Origin: a virus
Taxonomy: Duplodnaviria; Caudoviricetes
Direction: 5' to 3' (one strand)
DNA length: 64,000 nucleotides
IMG/VR virus record: IMGVR_UViG_2974592265_000001
Location: 24,404-88,403 of that record
Position 1 is the first letter of the stretch, and each line of letters begins with the position of its first letter. This document shows positions 49,525 to 60,131 of this stretch, one piece after another. The notes beneath the pieces were generated by a model. It saw only the letters and a list, made by a program, of their open reading frames with translations, was not told where the DNA came from and made no database searches. Both the position numbers and the translations under genes were made by a program.

Positions 49525-50052
49525 TTACGGGTGAAGTTTCAGGCCAGAAGCGGCCAGGTCGTCACGGAATTGCTGTTGAAGTTGCGGCAGTCGCTCACGC
49601 AGAGCGACCTCCAGGTAACAAGCCTCGCCCTTGAGGAGATCTTCCGGGGCGTCGGGCCACATGCAGTGTCTGCGGGCCACATCTAACTTGCCGGCCTTGA
49701 CCCAGTACAGGGTGTTTTCGATGTAGTACATCGGCACGCCATCACTGCACAGGTGCCACTTAACCAGGTGGGCCAGCTCCGGCCAGTGCTTGCTGACCTC
49801 CGGCTCCATCAGTGGTCCGGACACGCCGTCGAAGTCGCGGCGCATACCGAAGGAGTTTCCGGTGTTCGAATGGTGGCCCCGGTCGTAACTGATCTCGATG
49901 TCGAAGCGACCACCTGGCTTGAACTCGCGGCGGGCAAAGAAGGACTGCTTGACCCACAGGCCGTTGTCGCCGGGGACCTGGGCCAGCTGGCCCTCAATGC
50001 CGAGGAGGGTGAATGCAGTGACCTTGTCACTGCCGGATTGGAAGTAGTTCAT
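49525..50052 (-). CDS. Hypothetical protein, short paralog of 48533-49498
   Basis: WPELAHLVKWHL...PMYYIENT and VARRHCMWPDA...LRERLP. Confidence 0.75.
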   Translation of the reverse strand: MNYFQSGSDKVTAFTLLGIEGQLAQVPGDNGLWVKQSFFARREFKPGGRFDIEISYDRGHHSNTGNSFGMRRDFDGVSGPLMEPEVSKHWPELAHLVKWHLCSDGVPMYYIENTLYWVKAGKLDVARRHCMWPDAPEDLLKGEACYLEVALRERLPQLQQQFRDDLAASGLKLHP

Positions 50053-53000
50053 TCGTCCTCCTTGATGAACACGAAGAACGCATACACGCTCTCGCAGCCA
50101 TCGTCTTCTTCGGTTTCAGGTTCCAGATCGCCGAACAACTTGATGTCCGGGTCACCAGACATGGCGCCGCCGGGGGTAGCGGCGGCCACGATCTCGTCCA
50201 CCGCCTGCCTGGCTGCGGCGAACCAGACCTCGTCGTCTTCTTCAGGTGCGTCGGCGCCCAGTACCGGGCCGTTGACCAGTTCACTTTTCAGTTCGGTCTT
50301 TAGCTCGCCCAGGGTCATGTCACGGTGGACAATGACCTGGATGTGCGGCAGGTGGTGCCCACCCCAGTAACTGGGCAGGCAGGTGTCGGCGTGTGCGGCG
50401 GTGAGTTTCATGGGGACTCCGAGGAACGGGGTTGGGTCAGTTACCCGATCAGCATCTCGTCGATGCGACCGCGTGACTTGAGGTTGAGGGTTTCGCTGTG
50501 GCCTTGGCAGACCTTGCCGTCGGTGAAGCCCGCTGCGATCGGCTCCTTGTAGTGACGCTCCCAGTCATCCGGGTTGTGGTTCTTGAACGACTTCAGATGG
50601 CAGACGGTGTCAGCCATGTCGCTGTGGTGGTAGCGGCTGGGGAAGATGAAGATCTCTTCTTCGCCGAGTTCGTTTTTGGTGACGATGTATTTCATTACTG
50701 CTCCTAGAGGATGCCGTCGAGAATCAGTTGGGCGTAGACATCCGGCTCATTGCTGAGGCCGTCTGCGATTTGTTTGAGGGCGGCCTTCAGTCGCTCGACT
50801 TCGGCCAGTACCGCAATGGTGTTGGCTGGACCCATCCAGCCGCCGGCCCGGGCTTGCATGTTGAAGGCGGCCAGTTGTGCCGGGGTGAGGTTGTTGCTCA
50901 TCGGGTCGTCCTCCCGAAGATGATTTCCTTCCACGCCTGATCAAACGGCGCCACAGCCTTTACGCTGTGGGTCACGTTCCCGAGTTGCTGGTCAATCAAG
51001 GCGCTGATGGACTTGGCCAGATCCGCGGCCTGATCCATGTCCAGCACCGCGCTGATCTCCACCTCTACGGTGGTGCGGTTCTCGCTGCTCATTTGACCTC
51101 CTTCAGCGCTCGTTCTTTACGTTCCAGTCGGCGGGCGATCAGCTTGGCCATCTCGTCCGGGGTGGTGCCGAAGGTCTCAGCCAGTTCGCCGAGGACCTTG
51201 CGCAGTTCGGTGGACAGGGCTTTGACCCTGGCCACTTGCGCCTTGTGGTCTGGGCTTTCGAGGTGCTGCGCCAGCCTGACCTCGGCCATCTCCAGCTCGT
51301 AGGCCGGGGTGTCGGGCAGGTTCTGGATCTGCGGTTGGCTGGGCTTGCGTCCGGTTGGGGTCATGAAGGCACCTCCCAGACCACAAAGCGGTGCGGGTGA
51401 AAGTCGTTGGGGATGGCGTAGTGGGTGACCGATTCGTTGGAGGTGATCCGACCTTCATCAATCCGCACGTCCGGCAGTTCATCGACCAGCACCAGCCATA
51501 TGTCCTGACGCCCTCTAAGGACCGCTTTGGGCTTGAGCTGCAGGGTGCCTTGGACGTCGAACTGCATGGCGCCGTCCTCCACCTTGATGGGGCTGACGAT
51601 GGTGCCGTAGGGCAGCAGGTCGAGCTGGGCCAGGGTGACGATGCGTAGGGGTTTCATAGCCGCTCCATCTTGCCCTTGTAGGCAATGTCAATGCGCAAAG
51701 GCCGCGACTCGTAGAAGAGGATGCCGTTGCAGTACGGGCACTCGGCCAGGCTGTCCCACATCTCGCCGCTGCCCTTGGCCGGGCGGCGGATCTTCAGGCG
51801 TTCGTCGCACTCGGGGTTGGGGCAGTCGACCTCGTGGTGGTCGACGTGGGCGTTCTTGTCCCAGTAGGCCAGGTAGCGGGAGAGTAGGGTGGGTTCAACG
51901 GGGGGTTTGAGGCTCATGACCGGCTCCTTAGAACGTGGAAGCAAATGAGGCGGGGTCACACGGCGACTGTTCCGCCTCGCAAACCCGCAGGTACTCCGCA
52001 TCCATCTCTGCCCAACGGGCGTCAATGGCGGGTCCGGCCAGGCAGGCCGAGTAACCGGCCTGAATGCACTCGAACAGGGTTTGCTCCGGGAGGAAGCCGC
52101 GCGACCAGCCATCGACGATGATGGTCTGCATCTTCACACCCGGTGCCCATGCCGCGGCGGCCAGCTTCAGTTGCTGGGGGATGGTGATGGATCGGACGCT
52201 CATCGCATCACCTTCTTGTCCGGTGGAAACAGCACCAGCCGCTCGACCAGGGTGAGCTTGGCCATGGCCTCCTTCATCACCTGATCGGTGTCGACGACCC
52301 CCGGCTCGATGCGCAGGCGGCTGTCGTTGCCCTTCTTGCGGATCGCCGCGTCCTTTTCAAAGGTGGCGTAGGTCGCGGTGCCGCCCTTGTCGTTATGGTC
52401 CCGGCCATCTTCACCGCCGGGTTCGGTGATCAGTTGGTAGACGATGCGGTCGGTCATGTGATCTTCCTCAAGGCCTGTTGAAACAAGGCCAGGTTGTACA
52501 TGTCGCCGTTGTGATCCGACCCACCCATCCAGTTCCACTTGCCGCTGTGGATGTTCAGCCGATCACCCAGGTTGAGGGTCAGCGCCGAGTCAATCTCTTT
52601 GAACCGGGTGCAGACGCAGCAGTCGTCGCTGACGTCCACCAGCAGGACGCCGGCCTTGGTGGCGATGATGTAGTTGTACGGCTCGAAGTCGGTGGGCTGG
52701 CCGCCGTGATCGGTGACGATCTTGTTGGCGGTGGTGACGTAGAGGCGGATTTCGCTGGGGGTGCGCTTCATACCCACCGTGCCTTGTCGCTGATCAGGCA
52801 GAAACAGCCTGGCCACGCGGCGTAATACCAGTCGAACACCAGCAGGTCGGTCAGCTGACCGCCGACCCCGCGCTGGACGTAGAAGGGAGGGATGTTCATG
52901 GAAGGAATCCTCTAGTCCTGTACTTTGCTGTGGACCCAGGCCCAGTAGCCGAGCTGGGTGTTCTCGTCGGCCACCTCGCGGCGCCACTCTTCCCGGGTGT

Positions 53001-53590
53001 TCCAAGGGTGTTCGCCCCAGCCGCTGCCGGCGGTGTACTTGGCCTCCAGCTGGTAATCGCTGAGGACCTTTTCATCCGTCGGGTCAATGGCTCGGATGGC
53101 CTCCTTGAGGGTGCCCATGTCGGTCAGGTTGTGGGCATCGCGGCACATGTTGGCCAGACGGCCGATCAGATCGGTGGCGGGCATGGTGCCTCCAGTTTGG
53201 CGATCAACGCCTTGTTGTTCGGGGTGAGGATGCCCCGCGACTTGCGCAGGGTGATCGACTCGACGATGTCCAGGCAGTCCTGATACGTGTAGTCGATGTT
53301 GAAGTGGCCCTTGATGATCGCCACCAGCTGCTCCGGGGTGGCGGCTTGGATGTTGATGGTCACGATGCCTCCTCCTGAGCTGCGATCAGCTCCTTGGTGA
53401 ATTTGTACTCGTCCTTCGGGTCCATCTCGCGGAACCGTTCCCGCAGGTAGAAGAACACCTCGCTGCGGTGGGGACTCTCTTCGTGCAGGTTTTCGATGAA
53501 CCACCACAGCGCGTAGACGACAGGCAGGCCGTTGAGGTGGTCCTTGATTTGTTCGAGGTTCAACGCACACGCTCCTCGCAGAATTTCCAC
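50049..53590 (-). other. Chain of small hypothetical early ORFs (50049-50411, 50441-50695, 50704-50901, 50898-51092, 51089-51364, 51361-51657, 51654-51917 Zn-ribbon-like, 51928-52203, 52200-52457, 52454-52771, 52912-53184, 53360-53590)
   Basis: Coupled ATGA overlaps; 51654-51917 contains CPNPEC...CPYC. Confidence 0.6.
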
Positions 53591-53663
53591 CCTGCATTAA
53601 AGGCTTGCTGATAGGTCGAGTAGGTCCTGTAGGAGCGAACATTCAACGCTTCCACGTACCACC

Positions 53664-53683
53664 AAAACTCGCCAGCTAGCGAG
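53664..53683 (-). terminator. Intrinsic terminator
   Basis: CTCGCT-AGCT-GGCGAG-TTTT on the - strand, downstream of the 53705 stop. Confidence 0.6.
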
Positions 53684-53704
53684 CTAACCCCGACTTGGTA
53701 GGTC

Positions 53705-54937
53705 CTATTGGCCATCCGCTTCGCTCCCACAGACGGAGAAGCTGACCTTGTCGACGCGGGTGGTGATGAAGATCGACTGGACCATGCCGACCTTTTGAGT
53801 CAGCCGCAGCCAGACGTATTCGTCGTGGTAGCCGAGTACCTTCGCCTTGACCTTGTTGATGGAGGTGAAGCCCCAGCTGGCGTTGTGCGGGGTGACCCAG
53901 ACCGTGGTGCCGACCGGCGGAGGGACGTCACCGCCCCACACCTGCACGGGCTTGGTCATCGCCTGCAGGGCCTGCGATTCCTCGGCAGTCAGCGGACGAG
54001 CATGGGTTCGCATGTAGTGCGCCCAGGCCGCCAGCACCACACAGCTGCGCCCACCTTGGATCAGGTGGATATGCTCGACATCGGGGTGGTTCCAGCCGCC
54101 GTCGGTGACTTGATAGCCTGCCTCACGCAGCCATGCTTCAAGGTGGTCGGTGCCAAACGCCGCCGGCTCGCTGACCTTGTCCAAGGCCTCAATGCTGGCC
54201 CTGAACTGTGCCGGGTTGGCCTCCGACCACGCGACCAGTGCCGAACGGATCACCTTGCTGCGGCCGCCTTGCACCACGGTCCTGCAGTTCTCGCCGCGCA
54301 TCTTCCAGTGCTGATCGGTGATCTCGAAGCCCGCCTCCTCCAGCATCGGCTCCATGGCGTGGATGCTTTCAAAGAGCCGGGCATGGTCACGGATTGCCTC
54401 CTTGAAGGTCCGGCCTTGGGAGCGGTGCGCTGCCCCATGCTCGTCAGGGCGGAAGTGATCGTGGATCTTGCGCCGCACCTCCTCGTCATCACGCTTGCAG
54501 TCACGCCACGCCCCTTCCTCGGTAGGGAACAGCGGGCTGACCCGGCCGGACTTGACGTAGCGCCAGTAGAAGGTCTCAGGGTCGCCGAACGGCACCACAC
54601 TGAACCCGTCCTTACTCAGGCGGTAGATGTCTTGGTAGAGGTCGACGTGGTGCCAGTAGGCATTCTTCACGGCGGCGGCCAGGTTATCGAAATCTGCCGA
54701 GTGACCATAGTCAGCGTGTTGCCACTCCCACTGCCGACCCTCCGGCTCCGTGGTGTCACAGCTGAACTCGAAGCCGTTGCGGTCCAACTCCTCGAACTTG
54801 GCCGGCAACTTGTCGGCGACCTCAGGGTCCAGCCCGTCACGCTGCACGGCAGCGATCTGGGAGACGCTGAGGTCGCGGCCTTGCAGGTGGTAGTAGACGG
54901 TGCGGATGTTTTGCGGGTCTGTGAGGAACACAGTCAT
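53705..54937 (-). CDS. Hypothetical protein (410 aa, probably multidomain)
   Basis: Long ORF with two similar internal segments (LEEAGFEITDQHW...VVQGGRSKV; LREAGYQVTDGGW...LIQGGRSCV). Confidence 0.7.
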   Translation of the reverse strand: MTVFLTDPQNIRTVYYHLQGRDLSVSQIAAVQRDGLDPEVADKLPAKFEELDRNGFEFSCDTTEPEGRQWEWQHADYGHSADFDNLAAAVKNAYWHHVDLYQDIYRLSKDGFSVVPFGDPETFYWRYVKSGRVSPLFPTEEGAWRDCKRDDEEVRRKIHDHFRPDEHGAAHRSQGRTFKEAIRDHARLFESIHAMEPMLEEAGFEITDQHWKMRGENCRTVVQGGRSKVIRSALVAWSEANPAQFRASIEALDKVSEPAAFGTDHLEAWLREAGYQVTDGGWNHPDVEHIHLIQGGRSCVVLAAWAHYMRTHARPLTAEESQALQAMTKPVQVWGGDVPPPVGTTVWVTPHNASWGFTSINKVKAKVLGYHDEYVWLRLTQKVGMVQSIFITTRVDKVSFSVCGSEADGQ

Positions 54938-54979
54938 AATTCTCAGTCCTATGGTGGGCTCCGACGTAAAACGAGGGAG

Positions 54980-55426
54980 TTAAACTTTTTCTAAGTGATT
55001 GGTTTCGTTGACTATTGAGGGAAAAACCCGTGGGTAGTCGGTCCACAGGTCGCGGCGTTTATCAGTGAAGCCGTACATTTTCTGGACGTGCCAGCGCAGC
55101 CAGACGCGGAAGTCCAGGGTGGTCTCGAACGTCTTGTACAGGGTGTTGACCGCCTGGTGCGTGGCATCCCCGCGCGGCGTCGTAGGCAGGCCCAGAAACA
55201 GCGCTATAGCCCCCTCCGCCTTGCAACCCCGATACTCGATGTACCCCTTGGGATTCCACCGCAACCCTGCCGCATGGAAGCGCGGGTCGTGGCCGGCGAA
55301 GTAGCGGAACAACTCCTCGATCATTTCTCGCTCGTGCAGCGTGTCACCGTGCTGACCGAGATAGATTTCATCGAAGAGGCATTCAACCATGGCCCAGTGG
55401 GCACGGATCTCAGAGGTAGCGTTCAT
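54980..55426 (-). CDS. Hypothetical protein
   Basis: Start MNATSEI at 55426. Confidence 0.55.
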   Translation of the reverse strand: MNATSEIRAHWAMVECLFDEIYLGQHGDTLHEREMIEELFRYFAGHDPRFHAAGLRWNPKGYIEYRGCKAEGAIALFLGLPTTPRGDATHQAVNTLYKTFETTLDFRVWLRWHVQKMYGFTDKRRDLWTDYPRVFPSIVNETNHLEKV

Positions 55427-55481
55427 ACCGACGACCTTGGGAACCCCAGATGTGGGGATTGATTGGGGACAAGCACCCACA

Positions 55482-56798
55482 TTAGTCGCGACTTAGCGAG
55501 AAAGGCTTGTGCTTATAAGTGTGGAATCCCTTCAGGTCAATGCCGTTCACGTAGAACGCACCGTTGCTGCTCCACAGCGGGCGGTTAGGCGATTGCAAGC
55601 GGCGTGCCCACTTCAGCTTATCCGTGTTGTGGTGGTGCAGGCTAAGCGCCGCAGCCCTCAGCCTCTGGTCACAGGTGTAGTGCGGCGACACCTCGACCAT
55701 GGCGATCACCTCCTCCACGGTCTCGGCGGTGATAAACGTCTCGCCGCGCCGCTCCAGATCATAAACAGCAAACTCGGCCCAGTTGGCAATTGATATGCCG
55801 GTAACTAGCGACATTCCGACGAGCGTCGTAGCTGACAGCCTGTCGGTCTTGAGGACCTTGTGGCTGAGGTGCTGGATGATCATGCGGGCTATCAGGATCT
55901 CCAGATCGGCGTTGCGGCTCTCTGGCTCGCCGCTGAGGTCGAGTTCCAGCCACGGCTTCTCGAAGACCCTGCGCACCGCCCGGCCAAACGTGAACGGGGT
56001 GGAGTCGGCTGAGAGGCGGCCCTTGGCGGAAACCACGGTCATCTCGCCTCCCGCCGGGTCCATGAGGACTTCCGCGGTGTTGATGATGCCCACCTTTACC
56101 GCCGACAAGGAGCCACGCAGGGTGGCGTCGTAAGCCCCCCGCTCGATCAGCAGCCTGGCGTAGGAGTCGGTCGGCGGCAGGTTTAGCAGGAACTCCTGCT
56201 GGTAGCTGAGGTTGTTGTAGCGCTTCCTCGGCGGCTCCACGTAGTCGGGGTCCAGATCAGCGTCATTGTGCATGTGAGGTACATCAGCGCCAAACCCCAC
56301 AGAGGACAGCGCCCGAGCCATCGTGGACTTGCCTTGAGGCTCAGGGAAGAACTCCATCACTTCCGCCGCGCGGTGGGCCAGGTCCTCCACACCTTTGTAG
56401 GTCATGCCACCCAGCAGGTAGGGGACGAGCAGCGGACTGATGCGGTCCATGGTGGGCTCGCCCAGTGCGGCCTTGATCAGCGTGCCGCAATAACTGGCCA
56501 GTACTTTGTCACTGTAGCGGGCAGGGCTGATCAGGATGCGGGCTGGAACCCCTCCGTGGCCCAGGGCGTGGAGCAGGCTGCTGGCCAGCGTCATGGCGGC
56601 GTGGATCATCGCCGGGCTGTCCGGTTCGATCAGGGCGCCGGTGACGCGGCGGTGTGGGGCGGAGGTGCCTTCAGGTAGGTAGCAATTCAGGCTACTGGCA
56701 CGCCGGCGTACCAAGGCCTTGGGCTCCTTGCGCCGCTCTAGCGCAGAGCTCTTGACCCGTTCCGCAAGGGTGTAGGGACTTAGCAGTGAAAATTCCAT
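55482..56798 (-). CDS. Hypothetical protein (438 aa)
   Basis: Long ORF next to the 56.8-57.4 kb non-coding region; no motif recognised. Confidence 0.7.
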   Translation of the reverse strand: MEFSLLSPYTLAERVKSSALERRKEPKALVRRRASSLNCYLPEGTSAPHRRVTGALIEPDSPAMIHAAMTLASSLLHALGHGGVPARILISPARYSDKVLASYCGTLIKAALGEPTMDRISPLLVPYLLGGMTYKGVEDLAHRAAEVMEFFPEPQGKSTMARALSSVGFGADVPHMHNDADLDPDYVEPPRKRYNNLSYQQEFLLNLPPTDSYARLLIERGAYDATLRGSLSAVKVGIINTAEVLMDPAGGEMTVVSAKGRLSADSTPFTFGRAVRRVFEKPWLELDLSGEPESRNADLEILIARMIIQHLSHKVLKTDRLSATTLVGMSLVTGISIANWAEFAVYDLERRGETFITAETVEEVIAMVEVSPHYTCDQRLRAAALSLHHHNTDKLKWARRLQSPNRPLWSSNGAFYVNGIDLKGFHTYKHKPFSLSRD

Positions 56799-57079
56799 GA
56801 GGATATTCCTTCGAAAGGCGTATACGCGCAGTTATTGCCGTTGGCTGAGGTTAGCATATAAGTTCGGCCGAGGAAATTGACAAAAACGAGAAAATGACCG
56901 TCGTAATATAGAGATCATCTTTTGCGTTGCCTAGGTACTTTTGAGGAAAAAGTAGAGGCACGCTGTCGTGGTCGTTTCCGATGAATGGTAGGTTGACCCC
57001 TTCAATCTGTATAAGCGATAAGGCGTGTGTGACGATTCTACGCGGGCTGTAGAGGTGGTCGAAGAAGCAGTGGAAAAAG

Positions 57080-57352
57080 TTGGGGACGCTGAGAGGGTCG
57101 GTTTGTAAGGGGTGGAAGGGGAGGTTGAGGGTTTTGGGGTGGGTTTTGGCCTTAACTTACACTGTTTTTGGGAACAAACGCCTGCCAGAGAAATCCCAGC
57201 ATACCCCCAGTATTAGGTTTTTCGAAAACCCACTTTTTACGTTATGCCAACATTGCATTCCTTCTTCTCCCTCATCGACGACTCCACCTCTCCCTTATAC
57301 TCCCCCATACCCCCTCTATACCCCCTCTTACTTGTTAACTCTGTAAGAGTAA
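57080..57352. repeat. Non-coding element with opposed G-run tracts and ATACCCCC repeats (candidate origin or terminus-associated region)
   Basis: + strand G-runs at 57109-57143; + strand C-runs at 57292-57325; ATACCCCC at 57201, 57307 and 57318. Confidence 0.6.
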
Positions 57353-57439
57353 GAGGAGGCGCTGTTGGCACGCTCCTTGCATGGCAAACCCACTCCCTCC
57401 TCATTTCTTTGTTTCGTGCCGAAACGAACAGCCTCACGC

Positions 57440-58499
57440 TCAGCGCTGGCTGCCCAGGGGTTGACGGGTGGCGCCACGGCGACGGCGGGCCACGCGCAAT
57501 GCCTGACGCTCCTTGAGGGCTGCCCACGCCACGCCGAGCAATGCCAGGCAGGCCACCGGTCCCACCGTCAGCACAAAGGCCGCTGCGGAGGCGCTGAGGC
57601 CCTTGCTGAGCAGGTAGGCGTTTAGGAGATCCATGGGTCAGGCTCCGTGGCGACGAACTCGGTGAAGTCGAACTCGCTGTCCAGCCACTGATGCCCACAG
57701 ACGGCACCGACCCGCGCATCCGGACCTTTCTGGATGGCCTCCTTTACGGTCAGCCTCACCCCCTCGTTGAAGTACACAAACTCGCAGTGCTCGGTGAGGA
57801 GGATCGTCAGGTAGGTCTGCTGCACCCCTCGGGCGAAGGCCTGAAGCAGGCGGAAGTCGTCTTGGCTGAGGTCTTCGTCGACCTTGCGGAACACGTCGCT
57901 GCCCATCATGTCGAGGTACTGCTGGCGGGTCAGCTTGAGCAGCTTGACGATCTGGTACACGGTGCGGGCGGCGTTGAGGATCTGGTCCTCGGTGTGGATC
58001 GGGGCCTTGTTGCGGTTCATGGCTGGACTCCTACGTGAGGGAGGGCGGTGATCTCGGCGCTGAGGGCGCGCCAGAGGCTGTCAGCGACGTTTCCCTCCAG
58101 TTCCGGGACCGGGACGCCGGTCTGCGCGCTGATCCACTGCGGCAGCTGCCTGAGGGCCTTGACCACGTCGGACTCGCCGTTCTCCTTGGCGAGTTGGAGC
58201 GCGGCGTCAAAGGCGCCGGGGTTTTCGATCAGGTCGTTCATCTTCAGCCGGCGTACCGGGGTCTTGCAGGTCGAGCGGTACGGACGAAAGCCATGCTGGG
58301 TCACACACCAGTTGCCCAGCTTGGCCACGGCCGGCGCGGTGTGGGCGGCGGCGATGAAACAGTGCACGGCGTTGCTGCCGTCGAAGCGGTAGACGCTGCA
58401 GGCGTAGATGTTGATCAGGTGCAGCGGCAGGTCGAGGTCGGCGCTCAGGTCGGGGGCCTTGGTTTGGATCGCTACGGCGAGGCGGGTCATCGTGGACAT
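57440..58499 (-). other. Three small hypothetical ORFs (57440-57634 membrane peptide, 57622-58020, 58017-58499)
   Basis: Coupled ORFs on the - strand. Confidence 0.6.
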
Positions 58500-58650
58500 G
58501 GTCGGATTCCTTAATGCTTTTTGAGGGAATTTCTTTATGGATCAGGTACTTATGGGAAAATTTCGAAGTCTTTTTCAGCTTCTTTTGAGCCGTCGTCGAG
58601 GCTTTCCCATGGGTACTCGATGGCAATCGCGATCACCCGCGCGCGCGTAT

Positions 58651-58684
58651 AAAAAAGGCCAGGCACGTCGAGGCGTGCCTGGCC
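58651..58684 (-). terminator. Strong intrinsic terminator
   Basis: GGCCAGGCACG-CCTCGA-CGTGCCTGGCC-TTTTTT on the - strand. Confidence 0.88.
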
Positions 58685-58711
58685 GAAGGGACTCCAGTCT
58701 GCGGAGTGGGG

Positions 58712-58975
58712 TTACAACCCGGCGGTGATACGCGGTGTGCGATCCCAGCGGAGTGTGGTCGTGTAGCTGTCGACCAATTTCAGGTCGTACAGGTCTGGTG
58801 CCAGATTCTCCCATGTCAGGGTTTGCAGGCGGGTGATGCCAGTGCCGGCCGTGAAGGCGAAGTCGAAAAACTGGCTGCCGACTTCACACACGCCGTCGGG
58901 TTCATATTCCGCCGTGGTCAAAACGGTGCCGTCGATAGGGCAGACGCTAACGCGGGATTCGATATTGTCGAACAT
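58712..58975 (-). CDS. Hypothetical protein
   Basis: Start MFDNIES with GAGGA RBS. Confidence 0.55.
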   Translation of the reverse strand: MFDNIESRVSVCPIDGTVLTTAEYEPDGVCEVGSQFFDFAFTAGTGITRLQTLTWENLAPDLYDLKLVDSYTTTLRWDRTPRITAGL

Positions 58976-58985
58976 GGCGCAGTCC

Positions 58986-59267
58986 TCAGAATTTGAAAGC
59001 GGCGTTAGTGGCGACCGGGGCTTTGTCGTCGTCGTCGTCGCCGACGTTGACCAGCTCACACGTCGCGGTTTTCGATTGCCAATCCTTATTCAGGCCTTGG
59101 CGAATCTGGTAGTCAAAGCCGACATTCAGGCTGTGGGCCATGTCGGCGCAGGTTTGTAGTTCGCCCATGGTCGGGGCTTTCCAGCTTTCGGTTTGGTAAA
59201 AATTGGTATCGCCGCCAATGGAAGCGAGCACGGACACAACAAGGGAAGCAACGAGCATGGAAGGCAT
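58986..59267 (-). CDS. Predicted exported/membrane-anchored small protein with two Cys
   Basis: Hydrophobic N-terminus MPSMLVASLVVSVLASIGG. Confidence 0.6.
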   Translation of the reverse strand: MPSMLVASLVVSVLASIGGDTNFYQTESWKAPTMGELQTCADMAHSLNVGFDYQIRQGLNKDWQSKTATCELVNVGDDDDDKAPVATNAAFKF

Positions 59268-59318
59268 CCTGTGGACATGGCGGGGCCTTGTGGCCCCGCT
59301 GAAGGGTAGGGAAGGGGT

Positions 59319-60131
59319 TTAGATAGCGGTGGCCAGTGCCGGCTGTACTTTGCCGCCAATCCGCGCCGACTTGCCTTTGCGGCCGGTCTCCAGAAGTTTG
59401 GCCGCTGCATCCGTGTCGACCACGTCGGCGGCGCTGGCCGCCTTGCCTTCTTCGGCCAGTTTGTCCAACTTGGCTTTTTCTTGTGCCACAAGTTGCGCGT
59501 CCAGTGCCAAAAACAGCGCCTTGGCTTTCAACATGGCGGCGAGAATTTCTTCTTCCGTGCCGACAAAGCGATTGTCTTTAAAGCATTCAAGCGCTTTGTC
59601 GGCCTGTTTGGCGAAGGCAACCGCCGTCATTTTCGGCGCCACTTCCTCTTTTTCGACTTCCGGTTTTTCAAGGTTCTTGAATTCCGTGAAAGTCAAAGCG
59701 AAGTCACCGTGAGCGCTGTAGAACTTGTCGCGAAGTTGCACGACCGTTTCACTTTCGGCGCTGGCGCCCACCGCGACAAAGTGAGTCGCCAGAATGCTAT
59801 CCTTTTGCAGCTTGGTTAAGGCGAGCTTGTTATGCTCTTTGTCCCAAACCAGACGCGGGAAGTGAGCCCGGATATAACCGAACACTTCCAAACCGAGTTT
59901 AGACAGCGAGCCGTTTTTAACAGTCATAACCGGAAGTTGGAACAAAGAGTCGATCCAATTACGGTTGCCATGTTGCGCCAGCTGGACAGTGGCGGCATTG
60001 GCCCAAACCGAAAGGATTTGTTCATGTTTGCCGAACGACTTCTTGTAGGAAGCGATTAAGCGAGCGTCTACTACTTGCCCTTGTACGGTTACAGAAGTAA
60101 CAGCGGGGGCGGTTTTGATTGGCTTAGTCAT
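59319..60131 (-). CDS. Hypothetical protein, first gene of the leftward transcript
   Basis: 270 aa; AT-richer codon usage; AAGGA RBS. Confidence 0.75.
   Translation of the reverse strand: MTKPIKTAPAVTSVTVQGQVVDARLIASYKKSFGKHEQILSVWANAATVQLAQHGNRNWIDSLFQLPVMTVKNGSLSKLGLEVFGYIRAHFPRLVWDKEHNKLALTKLQKDSILATHFVAVGASAESETVVQLRDKFYSAHGDFALTFTEFKNLEKPEVEKEEVAPKMTAVAFAKQADKALECFKDNRFVGTEEEILAAMLKAKALFLALDAQLVAQEKAKLDKLAEEGKAASAADVVDTDAAAKLLETGRKGKSARIGGKVQPALATAI

Noticed and set aside
56877-56909. TTGACA followed by TAATAT on the + strand
   Set aside because: The spacer is 21 nt and there is no + strand gene downstream.
59280-59299. GCGGGGCC-TTGT-GGCCCCGC as a terminator
   Set aside because: No U-tract on either strand; it is more likely a processing or stability hairpin, and the function is unsupported.
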